Assembly: GCA_001949185.1 (NCBI GenBank) | Contig: BDGG01000020.1 | Coordinates: 186,001 to 250,000 of the forward strand | Origin: Ramazzottius varieornatus | Lineage: Eukaryota; Animalia; Tardigrada | DNA length: 64,000 nucleotides | Direction of reading: 5' to 3' | Shown: piece after piece, positions 12,230-25,866 of the stretch | How positions within the stretch are numbered: the first letter of the stretch is position 1 | Layout: each line of letters begins with the position of its first letter | Notes under the pieces: model-generated | The model's input: the letters and a program-made list of their open reading frames with translations, nothing else | The model's database searches: none | What the model was told of the DNA's origin: nothing | Translations under genes and position numbers: made by a program

Positions 12230-12787
12230 CTAACGGGCATTGATGACGTCTAGCCATCTAGAGTTCGTCCGTCCGGACCGGACCATCCGAAACAAGCTGT
12301 CCGGTCCGTTTGTCTCCAGAACTGTCAGCCCACCAGCCTCCACAAAGTCTCGACCTTTGTCCTGGATGATGCGAAGCGCAACCTCGCTCAGTCTGTAAGA
12401 GTTGCATTTGCCAGCCACGATCAGAAATTCGGCAGCTGTATTCAGCGCGATGCGGGGAATCAGTAGGTTCTCGATGTGCGTTTTCAGTCTTGTGAACTGG
12501 TACTCATCTGCCGCGGCGAAGACGGGCTGAATCATATGCTCCGGAATTTCCTGTACTGCTCCGTACATAAACAGCAGAAACACTTCGGCAGTCTTAGCGT
12601 CTACATTAGGCATGAAGCACCGACCCTCTCGGATCTCGTCATCTGACCGGAAATACCCCGAACAAGCGTGCACTGTAATATGCTTATGCACACCAAACTC
12701 CTGTCCGTCTCCTGACTTGAGAACGAAGTCACTTATCCTCTTCGTGGCATGCGAGTTCGAGGAATTAGTTATCAGGTGCTGCTCCAT
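12230..12787 (-). CDS. BTB/POZ (SPOP-like BTB-BACK) protein
   Basis: SDFVLKSGDGQEFGVHKHI...SGYF, FLLFMYG, AAADEYQFTRLKTHIE, NTAAEFLIVA. Start assumed at ATG 12787; an upstream exon is possible. Confidence 0.85.
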   Translation of the reverse strand: MEQHLITNSSNSHATKRISDFVLKSGDGQEFGVHKHITVHACSGYFRSDDEIREGRCFMPNVDAKTAEVFLLFMYGAVQEIPEHMIQPVFAAADEYQFTRLKTHIENLLIPRIALNTAAEFLIVAGKCNSYRLSEVALRIIQDKGRDFVEAGGLTVLETNGPDSLFRMVRSGRTNSRWLDVINAR

Positions 12788-13407
12788 GACGCTGAGTTCG
12801 GAACAAGCAAGTAAATATGCCAAAAACCCAAGTTTTGAAATTAAATCGCCAAATGGATCTGGAATAACTCTCAATCTCTTCTCTGTGAGGGCGCTCAATC
12901 GCACTAACACAAATAACTTGGATACTCAAGAATCCAAAGCACGAACCAGACTACAGTGACAGTTATCGCGTGAGCGACAACAAGGACGTGAAACGCGCGA
13001 TGGCTAATACCGACTGAGAGGAAGAGACGGGAAAACAGATGAATGTGAAATAAGAATGAGCAACCAAGCAGGAAAATACTGTCGGATACGCTACGCGTCC
13101 GAATGCCTCCGAATGCGCGTCCGAATGAATAATATGCGTCTGCACGCACCCCAAACAATGGAAAGACCATGTTTCCTCAACGTTTACTGTTGGCCATCTG
13201 ACTCCTTTTCCACCAAACGGCACCACCGCACACCACAGCACAGCACACCACATCAGCTATCAAATGTACTTGTGCATCCATCACGTCGGCATAGTTAAAA
13301 CCGTTCCCACCTAACTCATCATTTCTCCCTTATACTTTTCTCATTTTATGTCAACGAGCGCAAATCGTTAAGGCCATCTTACCACCTTGTTCATCCATTT
13401 TAGGTAC

Positions 13408-14561
13408 TCAAAAAATGATTGGGCTCTCTGTGGATGCGATAGATAGTTGCCTGATATTTACGTGAGGTGGAGCAGACAAAACGAATAAAACTGCCTGGCT
13501 GACATCCTGTGGTTCCAGTGGTGGAAAGCCGAACAAATGTAGACTTTTCTCCGTCGCTGAGGTCCGCGTTACACTGGGGCTCAGATTCTACGACAAATTC
13601 CAGCAGGGAATTAAGCAAGCACAATTTTTTTATCGGGAAAACTCGGGTTCCTCTGGAACGGATCTTACCGTGACTCGAACCTTGGACTTCTTCTGGCGAA
13701 GTTCCGCATTTAACGCTTTGGATAACGCTGTGAGCATATGCTTTGTCCCAGCGTAGAAACTCATGCCACTGCCAGGCCTGATGTAACTGCCGTATGTGCT
13801 GCGAAAAATACATGCTTAGAGGACCGCACCGACAAAAGTTCATCTTGGAAGGTATGAAGCTTTAATACGCCGTGCGTGCCTGTTGATGTTGATGATATTT
13901 CCGGCATTTCTTCCATCGTGTTCCATCAACCGTAACGCTCCACGGGTAAAAACTGAACCGGCGAGAACGTTGAGCTGAAAGATTCGTAATGAATTGCCAG
14001 TCAATTGTACTACTTTTTGCTCAGTACACGTCACGCCCAGCAAATCTTCCGAAGTCATTGGGGCAATCTTACGTTTAGCATGTCTCGCCAGGCGAATGTG
14101 CTGCTGTCCGCAAGAGGAGGTTGATTAGGGGCAACTCCAACGTTGTTCACCAATACATCCACATATCCTGGGGACGCTTCGATATCTCGAAAAAGGCAAA
14201 GGATGTCCTCCTCTTTGCTTGCATCACAGACTCTTGCTCGTATGTCGTTGGCACCTGGCGGGAGTGAACGCTGGAGTTCCTACAGTATATCAAGACACAA
14301 AGTTGCACAGAGTCGCCGACTTTTGCCATAATCACTGTATTTGGGAGCCCAGTTGGACATGCTAACGTGTCCGGTTATCTCGAATGGGCTGCTCTGTACG
14401 GAGTCATATGCTGCAAAGGTGTTCCAAACCTGGATATCTTCGATGTTTCGGGCACAAGCAATCACGATCATTCCGTTGCGCGCTAGAGCTTCCGTGATGC
14501 TCAAACCAATGCCTCTGGAAGCTCCAGTCACTATCGCCACCCGTCCCTTCCAGCGTTCCAT
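13408..14561 (-). CDS. Short-chain dehydrogenase/reductase, DHRS11/farnesol-dehydrogenase-like, 5 exons
   Basis: MERWKGRVAIVTGASRGIG (TGxxxGxG), VDVLVNNVG, GNIININS, catalytic YAGTK, APPHVNI. Requires a GC-AG intron at 13879-13799. Confidence 0.9.
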
Positions 14562-14910
14562 GAGTGCGGTGGCTGTAGAGACACCTCGGATACGTAGTTG
14601 GACTATTCCAAACACTTCTGCTGAGATTCGGGTAAAGCAGTCCGATCTATGCTACTGAAAGCTATTCGGAAAACTGTTGAGATCGTAGAACACACGTTTT
14701 GAAATTTCCGACTTGTCAGAACATCGCTGCAAAAGTTTTACTACAAAGATAGCCGCAGGCAATTACCACATTGATGTGTATCAAGAAAGCATCGAGTGCA
14801 AAGTACATAATGTACAACGAACAAATATACTTGGTGCGTCTTGTGAGAAACCATAAGCTTCCAGCTCGGCACTATCAAGTGCAAGATTCGGATTCTGAGG
14901 AAAAGGAAAT

Positions 14911-17900
14911 CTAACTAGAGGTCGCCAAAACACGCCCAATTTCAGCGGGTTTTCGCGCCATGATGGTCGCTGTTTTCAAGGGTGTTACGTCAATCTCGCC
15001 TATATCCAGCTTGTGTTCCTCTCCAATGTACCGAATAGTCGTCAAGGAGTCATTATAGATCTGCAAAAACAAGTTGGTTTATGGTAGTCGCTTCTGAGGC
15101 TGCAATCTCCGTTAATCTAGAGAGAAGTCTCTGCCTACAGTGGGTGAGCACAACAGGAGGGATCATACTGGGCGCGTTTTGCTGCGTAACCAGTTTTTTT
15201 CGATACCCATCGGTGAACCATGCCACTTCAAGGCTTGTTGATAATTGAAACTTACATACTGTACCTTAGTTATCTTATCAAGGGTAAACTGAAGGTTCTT
15301 CTTCATGGCAATATTATTCAGACACTGGTTTTCGATTAGCTCCAGCTCCCGCAGTGACTCTTCGGCCTGCCCTTGTGGACACTCCAACGCCGAGATTCTC
15401 AGTTCAGCTTTCATCTGTTCCAGCTGCTTGATCAAGGAAGCCGTCTTCTCCCTCATGTAACTCGCTTCACACCCAATCAGCTCCTTGGCTTCAGACACCG
15501 CTGGACCGAAGTTCGCCCACAAGTATTTATGCTCCTCATGAACCTGCCAAACAGAAAGCCAGTCCTCTTTGAGCTTTAGGTGTTTCGTCTCTTCATTTTG
15601 TACCTGTGCACATTGCTGGTCAAGTTCAGCGATTTCATCCATCAACTTCGATCGCTCTTCCTTCATAACTTTGAATGCCATTGCTAGGCGCTCAAACGAC
15701 GCTTTTTCTTTCCTGAACGCTTCCGCATGGTTCTTCAACACCGCAAGGCGCTGCGTCTGTCTTCGCACCGGTTCCTTACTTTTCTCTGTCTCCTTCGTGA
15801 TCTGGATGTACCGACGGTACAAGTCGCGCAAATGTCCTTTGAGCTTTTTCGACTGGGCTGTCAGGTCTTGGATCAAAGTCAGGTTATGGTAAGTCAGCTC
15901 TTGGAAGTACTGCTTGACTTCGTGGTAGTTCTTTTCAAAGTTCCGCTCCAGCTTGCCCACTTGCTCCAGACGTTTTTGGTCGAGGAGGATTTTGTAGTTC
16001 CGTAGGTCAACATCGGCATCTTCGTCAACTTGGTCACGCTCTCGACGAAGGTCTTCGATTCGGTCAGTCAACGCGGTGAGGTAGTTGTCACAAGCAGCTT
16101 TGTACTTCTTGTCCGCATCCTACCCAAATACCACAACTCAACCACAACACATTTCGGCAAACCCGATGTAACTCCGTCAGATGGTTCGGAACGCATTGTA
16201 AAATACGGGGTGAACACGCCAACTTGCTACCACCTGGAACTTCAGCGCAGAAGAAATTCAAAGTTCTGGTCTCCTTTCGATCCTGCACAAATTTCATTCA
16301 CCGTTTCAAGCTCCTATCAAAGAGACATAGGTCATTTGCATGCATTGAGACAAGGTTGAAAAACTTGATTGGCATGACTTCCGGTGAGGAAGACTTCTCG
16401 CCACGAATGAAACAGGTTCTCTGCAACTCCCTGTTTGAGAATCCTCTCCAATTCGATTTCAGCCTGGGTATAACCACCTAGGTTCTCATTGGAAATTAGA
16501 ATAGATCGCAAGAAGATAAAACTACTCGGAAAATGAATTAATATTGTCGAATTCGACCATTTTGACGGGAAACCCCTCCTCATGGAAAAAACTGCAAAGT
16601 GTGTTCTAAACCAAGAGATTGTACTTGCAACTGCTTTACGTCTATCTAGGTCCTCAGAATTTTCAATCAATGTCGGAAATGCAAGATCTTTCCGAAAAAC
16701 TGAAAACAATTTCTCGAAGTTTCCTCAAAATTTGAAAAGGTTGTTGGTTCAGGTGAACCTTGTTCTTCGAAAAACTACAAAGTGTTCCGGCACTCTGATT
16801 TCGCGCAGTCAGTCCCAAACAATTTTTGATACAGATAGCTCATAAATTCGGCCACGAGTTTATGTTTTTACTTTCCGGAAAACGATTGAGACCATTTCGA
16901 GAAATCTTATTTTTAAGCGACTACCCTTTATTTCTGCACGATTTTGCACAATTTGCTGTGTCATTGAAACAACAAGTGGTACAGTGAACCACGATCTTTT
17001 TATCGGTAGCCGGACTACCACTAAACAGTAGATTTTCTACCCGAGGGAGAAACAGCGAAAAGTTCCGGCCGGAGCAGTTCCGCGGTTGCACCTTCCCTGA
17101 TTCCTCTTTCAATTCTGGGCTTCCTGTAGACATTCTTCCAGACCAAGTTGTTTTTAAAAGGTAGCAAAAGGGATGTCAAAGTAAGGAAAAATAGTTAGGA
17201 GAACGAGCATACACTCAGCTGAACGCGCCATAATCGTTAAGAGGTGGTAGCAAGTTGGCGTGTTCACCCTGTAGTAAGCTCGTTAACGTTTGTGCAACCA
17301 AAAACGCAGAACACATCCGCATGACTGTGAGGTCATGCTCCACCTAGCAAACTCGGAAACAATTACCACCATGAGCTCTTTGGTCTGCTGTTCATAAGCG
17401 CGGCGGTTGTCGAAATTCTTGGCCGTTGTTTCATCGTGTTCGTGAGATATCTCCATCAAGATGTTGGCATGATCCTCCCTGGCCTCCTTTGCAAACGCCG
17501 CAGTCTTCACGTCGGCCTTGTTGCACTCCTGTTCCAGCTCATAGCGAAGATGCCGGGCTCGTTGTCGCGCCACCTACTGTAAGGTCACAAAGTCTGTTCT
17601 ATTCACTAACATCACGAAAACCGTCCGCCATACGAAAAATAGAAAAACCAAGTGTAACCTTCAGTTCAGCTTGTTCGATCATCCGATTCTGCTCGATGGT
17701 CCGCAGGGTGGTGAACTTTTCCGCTTCCTCCTTGGTCATTTCTGCCCGAGCAATTTCCAATTTCCGAAAAATCATGTCGCGTTCTTGTTCTTCGAAGCTA
17801 CGTTGTTTGCGAGCGTCTTGCTGTTGTTTCACTTCAGCGACTATCTTTCTGACCAACTAGAAAAACCCTGGTTTACTGTATTTTGCAGTCAGTTTCATCG

Positions 17901-18081
17901 TGTCGGCCAAGCGATGTAGCGGTAACTTACTACGAGCTGGTTATACCAAAAATAAGATAAGTAGCAACGCGCATGAATGGTTCGAGCGTATTACCTGCTC
18001 CTGTGACATGGTGTGAATATCGATGCCATCTATTTTGACTTCCTTTTTCTTCTTAGTCTTCTTGTCCTTTTTTGGCGGCAT
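14911..18081 (-). CDS. GAS8: Divergent GAS8/DRC4-like dynein regulatory complex coiled-coil protein
   Basis: N-terminus MPPKKDKKTKKKKEVKIDGIDIHTMSQEQ, then EQERDMIFRKLEI, ELKVARQRARHLRYE and EVKQYFQELTYHNLTLIQDL, paralleling GAS8 motifs. Long coiled coil, spliced. Confidence 0.75.
16206..17271. mobile_element. Non-autonomous Tc1/mariner-type element in a GAS8 intron
   Basis: 30-bp TIR C(G/A)GGGTGAACACGCCAACTTGCTACCACCT, TA at 16204-16205 and 17272-17273, AT-rich non-coding interior. Confidence 0.85.
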
Positions 18082-18467
18082 ACCTCAGATGGATTCAAAC
18101 TAGGCAGGTGCAATCGACAATAGCATCAAACTGAAACTATTCCACCCTCGTCTGCGAATACCCTACAATTTGACAGGATTCAGTTATCTAAAGATCAGTA
18201 AGAAAAACTAGAACGACGGTAGGAATTAAGTGTGATTAAGTGTGACCAAGACAACCACTACGTCATCTGGCGGAACAACTTTACGGTGCATGCAGATACA
18301 GGCACGAATCACCCTCACGCCCTTGCCGTTTTTCTCCGGCTTTTTGCACCGGACTACTGAGATTAACAGCTTGACACGTTCGCCGGTACTGTGAGCAGCT
18401 GTTCACCGCGGGCTGACCGATGTCCAAAAAGAAAGTTCAACTATATCTGAGATAGCATTTCAATGAG

Positions 18468-20823
18468 ATGGAGCAATCATCCGATACTGACAGTTGTTCC
18501 GACGTGTTTGACCGTTTACGCGAAGCCGAAAGCGAGATTTTGGAACTGTCTCGAAATTTTGCTGAGCGACAACATTTCGGACCTTCCTACCCGTTAATCT
18601 CTCAAACTATTATGCGACAATCTTCCTGGCCCACAACCACGCCTGAACCACCGCCTGCCTCTGTCCAGCCTGTACACAAGGAAGAGCACCTTTCGGCGCC
18701 TGAACCCACCCCATCAGCCCTTCCTGCCCCTGTTCGCCGGACTGTGAACGTGAAGCCTTCCGCATCATCGTCAGGTACACTCACCGCACATACGGACAAA
18801 CTGATACCCTCCCTGACAGAGGCATCGAAGAGAGCGAGTAAGATCGTCAAAGTCTATCCGTCAAAGTCAGCAGACTGGGTCGAGAAGCCGCTGGAAGCAG
18901 CCTTGCGACAAAAGGAGGAAGTCGAACAAGCTAAGGCGACACCACACGGTCCTGTGATCGACACGAAGTCACATCGAACGAATTCTACTACACAAAGTCA
19001 GGCGAGTTCATTTACCGTATCTTTTCCAGAACTTTTTCTGTTTTGACCAGTTGCAAATTTGTGTTCGGTACGTATGGCGAAAAAGAAACATATAAAGACA
19101 TCCACATTACAGCATTCAATGCGGAACAAACCGTCACCGCCAAAATCCGGTATGAAGTTGATCACCGGTAGTCCGCCCATCATTGTCCTCGACAAGCCTT
19201 CCTCATCGCTTCACAACAACTCTGGAGCTAACAGCCCACGTTCTGGCAACAAACTCCTTCATTCAGTCCACGAAGATGCCAGAAGACCGTTCTACGGAGA
19301 GAATCGTGACAGTCAACCATTGCGGCGAGAAGGGCCACCTGGCGATCCCTACCGCAAGTCAGTCTTCTACCCCAAAGACGACTTCAAAGCCAAGAGTAAC
19401 TCCCTACCGCTCGTCACCGCCAAGAAGCCACNNNNNNNNNNNNNNNNNNNNNNNNNNNNNNNNNNNNNNNNNNNNNNNNNNCAATAGCAACAAGGGCCGT
19501 GGAAAGAAGTTTATACCAGACTGGGATGGGCAGTCAACTTCGACAGCTGATACCAAAACTGACCAGCAGCAGTATTGCTACAACGAGGAACCAGAGAACC
19601 CTGGCAGGTTTCCTTCCAGAAGATTCCGCAAAGGCAAGGCCGCGCAGGCGCTCAACGAAATGCCACCGAACAATCAAACTTCTACCTTGAACAACTCACG
19701 AGGAAGCAATCAACAAAACAACGATAAAAGGTTTGTTGACAATAAATCGAATAACTCCACAAGCCAACGTCCGTTTTCTGGCAACTTGAACAACGCCAAC
19801 TTTCCCAACCTCGACGGTTCATCCCTTGGTACGAGACGCAATAGCCAGTCGTCCATCAGCGAGTCCTTTGCCAGCTCCAGCCGGCCCGACACTGCGTGTA
19901 GTCAGCAGACCGCTTCCTCGCGCTGTAGTGCGTCCGTCTCGCAGCACAGTTTCGTGGGAGGACGACCAAACAGCGGGCCTCGTGGACACCATCCGAAGGT
20001 CGGACCCAGCTACCAGCCCAACAACTATCCCTCCTCTCAGTACCGACCACCTGCTGCACCTCGTGCCACCGGTCCACACGGCATTTACAGCAAACCCTGG
20101 TCACATCAGTATGGTGAATCGACGTCAACTGGCAGTCGGGTCTTCAGCCAATCGAAAAACGCGTCGTTCAACAAAGCGGTAGGACCGGAGCCTACCGGAA
20201 AGTTCAACAGTGGGAAGAGCTCCATGCCACCCAGGTTCAACAATCCCCATCATGGTGGCGCATACCAGTCCCCATCAAGCCCCAATGGATACTATGAGCC
20301 ACCCATGACATCAACCCACTCTTTCTATGACACGCCGAATATGCCTCCTGTGCAAATAGAGGCGACTCAGAATGGTATGAAGATGACCAAGGACGGTATT
20401 GTTGAAGGAGGTGATGTCAACGTCAAGCGGCATTGCAGGACAGGCTCGACCACTTCCCAATCCGGCAAGCCTTGTACTTGTCATCATAATAAAGGTGCGG
20501 CAGTGACGTCGCCCCCGGTTACCGGACCTGCCAGTGCGCCACCATGGAATGCAATGATGGGTAACTTTTACCAGCCACCGACCATGCATGGCACACCGTC
20601 ACATCCGATGTACGTGTATGGGAATCCCCAACCGGATTTCCTACAAGACCTAACGACACCTGAGGGAAAGATACGGAGAGCCAGGTTGTTGGATAAGAGG
20701 CTGAATGATATGTTGAGAGCGCAGTTCGGCTTCCGGAGGGAGGTAATGGGCCAGACTGCCTGGATGACTCCTGCGGGAGCCATGCAGAATAATTTTGGTC
20801 TTGTTGTTGGACAAGAGTTTTGA
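18468..20823 (+). CDS. Long S/N/P/G/Q-rich, probably intrinsically disordered protein of unknown family
   Basis: In-frame ORFs 18468-19046 and 19059-gap joined by a short intron near 18997-19050, with an open frame continuing after the N-gap to 20823. Low-complexity composition. Confidence 0.7.
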
Positions 20824-21348
20824 GCTTCGTTTCGGAGGTTTCTACCTGCCCCGGTACCCTGCTTCATAACAATACTTTCTCCGGTTAGTTTTTCATGACC
20901 TGAAGTACATATTTTTTTGCGCGAACCTTCGTAAAAAAATTCAGTTAGATTTCCCTTACTGGGTGAACTTTCGCTCCTCGAGTACGCTGGATCGCGTCGA
21001 AATTCAGTATATTCAGAACAACCGAGATATTAAGTCTTGGGGAAAAAAGACAAATAAGGATATATCTTGTGGTTTCGACATGAAAATCGGTGTCTGTTTC
21101 TCAATTTCGGTTTTACAGAGTTCATCCAGGCATAGTTGGCACTAGAAAGCTGCATAATATTTGTATCTAAAGTACAGAGAGAAGTATTACATGATTGAAA
21201 GTTAGGTACAGTGGAAACCAACAAAGAGAGATTGTACAATTTCGCTACTCGATGATGCCATCGCACGTAATGGTTCCGCTACTGTACACTTCGGACGCGA
21301 TGCCGAACGTGCTTCGTGTTCAGATTGCCGGTTCTTCTTCCTCGTATT

Positions 21349-22844
21349 CTACACTTTGTGTTGGTGCTGCACCACGGTTGACTGGCCATTCGGATAGACA
21401 TGGGCATTGGAAGTCAGCACAACTCGTTCTTTTCTGGAACGTCGGCAGCAGTTGACGCAGCTGACAATGGAGGAAATGCAGGCAATGACGAACAACAGGA
21501 AGTATAGGATCATCAGGGTGGCCTTCAGTCCGATAGTGTTATTCAACGTCTGATTGAGGTTGTGGCCGTACAGGGCAGGTGGAATGTACGGTCCGATGGG
21601 ACTGCTATACGAGTTGCCGTATGCGCTATTCTTTTGGGTCAGGAACCAGAAGTAATTGTTACAGGAATTCTGGGTTTGACCGTTCAAGCCAAAAGCGGTG
21701 TTCATACCAGCGAAGACGTTTTGCTGGTTTCGGATTTCGTAGTAGCAGCCGACGGAGACCGCCAGGAAGGCCGCCGAGGCCGCAAACAACGCAAAGGCTT
21801 TCAAGGCGAGCAGGATGGCAAAGATGATGTCGGCGGCCAGGCAGCATCGGCGAGCACTGTCGGAATCCCAGGCACGACCGGCTACTAGGCCAACTATGCC
21901 AGCTATGATGGCGAAAATTCCCACCCAAATACCGACGGCGCTCGCCTCGTAAAAGTAGTACATGCCCACACCTGCAATGACAACAAATAGTTTAGGGGAA
22001 ATCGATATTGTTATTGCTTTATGGGTTACCCGAACTGCGCGGGCACACTTCCGCTGTTGATGTGGGGGAGAAAGTTTAGTTAGCTGGAATGTTTACTGTC
22101 GATTATGTCATTAATGTACAGGGTACACTGTGCATTGGAGTAGCGAATCGTGATCACAAGACTGATGGCGGCAAACATGTTGAAGTGGACTCCTAACCGC
22201 TGACACGATTGCTAGACAGATTTTACCAAAACAAAGGTAAATATTGTTCTCTCTCGGCAAATACTGAACCTAAATTAGGAAAATCCCAAACTCAGTGACA
22301 CCCCAAAACTGAAGTTTCGCTCCTCACATTGTTTCTTCAACCACAACACCCAGTCCCGATCGATCAATCCAGTGTTTTCAGGGAAGACGGTTAATCTTCG
22401 CCGATTCAAAAATCTAGAGCATTTGACTCAAAAAGGTTTCAATTTTGGATTCAAAGATGACAGGGAAAGGTTTATCCCCGCACAAAAGATGAAAACCGGT
22501 CACAGCTGTGAAGATAGCGACACTGCACGAATAATTGCGAAGTGTGTGATGTGCTCTCTGGTTTCCAAGCCGTTCTCTCACAAGACTTTCGCCTTTCCAT
22601 GGAATGATTGCCACCTCAGTTCGCTGTTGACTGCGCTGTTCGGCCATTCTGCTGTGGCCATCCGAATTCAGAGGAGGAAAGGGAAAAACTTACAGGCAGC
22701 TTCCAGTGCAACGATGAGAAGACCCAGCAGGATCTCCAAGATGGACAGTCCGCGAAGACATCCCGCGCCCTTCATTCTCTTGGTCGTTCTGGTGTCCCTT
22801 TCCACCACAGTAACGGGAACTGGTCTGACATAGGTAGTGGTCAT
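21349..22844 (-). CDS. MS4A/CD20-like four-TM membrane protein, 2 exons (22844-22694, 21971-21349)
   Basis: LSILEILLGLLIVAL, GIWVGIFAIIAGIVGLVA, four hydrophobic segments, Cys pair in the large loop, SSIVSCVNCC tail. Confidence 0.75.
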
Positions 22845-24262
22845 GTTGTATCCGGATACAATCAAAGGTACCTCAACCAGGAAGTCAACTCGAATTTCGG
22901 GCGTTTATGAGAATCGATATTTCAGCACCGTTCTTTCCGATAAAGACAAACAACACAGTTGAGGCAAGAAGGTACAGAGTGGGCTATGATTTCCTCACTC
23001 ACTCTTGGCAAAGGTAGGACAGGTTTGCTTAGGCGAATGGATCGGATGCACTTTGCTCTGAGAGGAAATGACGATTGAAGCGAAATTCTAGCCGAGAAGA
23101 TGCTGTCCTTTGCCTGCGCTTGACTATCAATGACTGCTGCAGCTTAGCTGGAAGTGCCGCTTTTTAACTGGCCAGTCAGCATTTCTGCGCTACTTTCCAA
23201 CCTTCCTCTCGCGTTTTACAGTCTACACTTTGAATATGCAGCTTGGCTTCTCATGCAGTCAGCGATGTTGTATGCCATTCTTGAGTCAACAGTTGGGCGT
23301 AGTGTGCGTACGATGAAAGTGCGAACATTCCTTCAAAAGTTTCCATATCCGACTATCAAATAATATTCTTACCTTGAACTACTTAGAGTCCGATCAAATG
23401 GTACGAAGCATGCACCTTTGTGCATGGCTGCCTTGCTCACATTCCAGTCGAAATACAAAGCTCGTAGGGAACCAAAAACGTTACATGCCCTTGTATACGC
23501 TTTCGTACTAAAGCGTCATTACTTCTAGCCCACACTACTGAAATCTACCGTAGCTTCAAAGAGTCAAAGCTACAGTCCGGCAAACGCGTGAAACTAGTAA
23601 CAGCGACTGGTCCATTCGAAAACTCGAGGTATACCTCCTTCGATCGCTATGTGGCGTCATCAGGCTGGATTCTCATGAGGTACTCACAATACCAGGTGGC
23701 AGCACCAGGTTACGCTATAATGGTCGCACACCGATGAGCACTGCAGCAATAGTGCGCACTTCTTCAATGCAGTCTGCCCGGTCTGCCCACCGATGCATTC
23801 TGAATTTTGCACATACGGGATACAGACGATACCGTCTGCGTCGCTGTTTCGCTGACAAGGCGATCTTCCTGCGATGCATGCACAGTCGCCATGAGCAATG
23901 TTATGTGTTCTGGCCATTGCCCTGTTGCGAGTCGCTGGTGGACTTCCGAAGACGAGGATCGACACCTACCCAAAACAGTCATTGCCAGCCAATTCCCACG
24001 ATGGACAGATACTTTCCTCGATGTTGGGAGGCGAAATCCAGTACGTTTTTCATGCGTCGGAGCTCGGTCAGCCAGAGGTTGTCTCGTAGGCAACATGTTT
24101 TGCTGGAATCCACCGACAAAAACTAGAACCACAAAAAAAGATCTTCCGAATGGTCGTGTTCTGCAGGTCCATCATGGAGCTGTGATATGACGGCATAGTC
24201 TTCGTAGTATTCTAACCTTTATCTGTGATACTTCAACGCGAGAATACAGCCCTGCAGAGAAA

Positions 24263-25244
24263 ATGCGGGTTTTGATTAGTATGTTGACGATGGGGCTTCT
24301 GTTTGTCGCAGTTCGGCGGGCATCCACGCAGTCGCCACCGCCCCCGAGTGTAGTATACACCAGCCCTCCCACCGCTGCTTCCTCAAAGCCAGTAACGGTT
24401 CCGGTGTCGAGTCCAGTGTCAAATCCACTGCCGAATCCGAATACGACACCGCCAAACCCACCCACAATGGCTGTGGCGACTACCCGGGTGAGAAAGCCTG
24501 GTTTGGGGTATGGCGACGATGCTGTCGAATGGTATTCCACGGGGACCTATAGCTTCTGGAGCAACATCTGTACGGGCGCGACAATTTTCGGTAAAGCGTC
24601 GGGATACAGCAGTTGCATTGTCTGTGATTCGTCGAATGCACAATGCAACTCAACCGACGATGCGGTTCTGGCACAATACGCGAAGGTAGCGTACACCGAC
24701 TGCAGGGGATTTTGTATGACTGTGTACCGAACAGATCGTGGAACATTCGACTCACCGCTTGGCACCAATAAAAATGGTGAGCTGGAGTGGATCATATGAA
24801 GTGGTATTTCTATCTGGAATAAAGCCTACGTAGGCGTCAACTATAATTAACTCGAAAAGACCGTTTCCGTTTAACAGAGTGGTTTTTTTCACAGTCACTT
24901 TTTATCGCTCGCACTTTGTCGCCGGCAAACTTCCATACATCAAGAACTACGGCGGAGAACAGCGCTATTGCCACCAGATGGTTGCGGACGGTGCTTTGAT
25001 ACCTGAAATCCTCTGCATCTGCGACTGGGTTACTCCAGCCAGTGTGGATTTCAACAGGGAAAACTGCAACAACTTCACGGCTGGATATTTAAGTGGCCCA
25101 TTCAAGCATGTATCAGACATCTCGGGAAGTGTGCCGCGAGCCACAACACACACAATGCTTATATCTGGGCTTACTGCTCTTGCCGTTTGGGCCACGATAG
25201 CGAGAAGCCTCTCTAAATATCAAGAAGGAATCAGACATGTGTGA
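24263..25244 (+). CDS. Secreted/GPI-anchored Ly6/three-finger-like Cys-rich protein with N-terminal Pro/Thr stalk (intron 24777-24894)
   Basis: Signal peptide, CIVC...C...CRGFC...C...CIC...NCN cysteine pattern, hydrophobic C-terminal tail. Confidence 0.7.
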
Positions 25245-25524
25245 AAAGTTATTTTCCGTGATCTTTTTTTGCGTGGAGTACAAACTAGAAAACGTGCGTT
25301 CAACAGGTTTGAAATTTTAGATCTATATGTGATATCATGGTAGTGGCCACTCGAGTCCACAAGTCAACCAAGTTTCATGCATATGCAACAAATTGTGTCG
25401 ATTCCCTCTTTCGGCTGAGTTCCAAAAGATATGAAATTAAATCATTTTGCAATGGTCGCCGGTCCGACAGGCACGCTTAAAAGTTACAAAGCGTTATAGA
25501 GTAACCATTACAGAGTAACCATTA

Positions 25525-25866
25525 CAGCCAAGACTTTTGGAAGGACTGCCCATTTTTTGACCCAGAAACCACGTCAACGTTTCACTGTCTCCTTAAGCGG
25601 TGACGTCACCGCCTCACTGCCTCCGCCGAGAGTCTTGGCTGCAGTCAGAGTGGATTAGACCAAGCATTGGTCGAACCAGTTGATCTATTTGGTTCAACCT
25701 GTGGTCTGTTTGGTTTTGACCTCTGCTGCAAAATCCATTGTGTTTGAATCACCAATGGTGAAACTGATCTGAAATCTAGACCAAAAGGTCAAAACCAAAC
25801 AGATCAAATATCGAACCAAATAGACGAACTGTTTCGACCAATGCTTGGTCTAATCCACTCCTGCTG
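25525..25866. mobile_element. Two nested small MITEs
   Basis: Outer IR CAGCCAAGACT...AGTCTTGGCTG after TA (25523-25524). Inner ~48-bp IR GAGTGGATTAGACCAAGCATTGGTCGAA (25648-25860). CTG is repeated at 25639-25641 and 25864-25866, followed by TA. Confidence 0.6.

Noticed and set aside
18997-19050. A fourth GC donor (CAG|GCGAGT) in the disordered-protein gene
   Set aside because: It gives the wrong phase, whereas an adjacent GT donor restores the frame.
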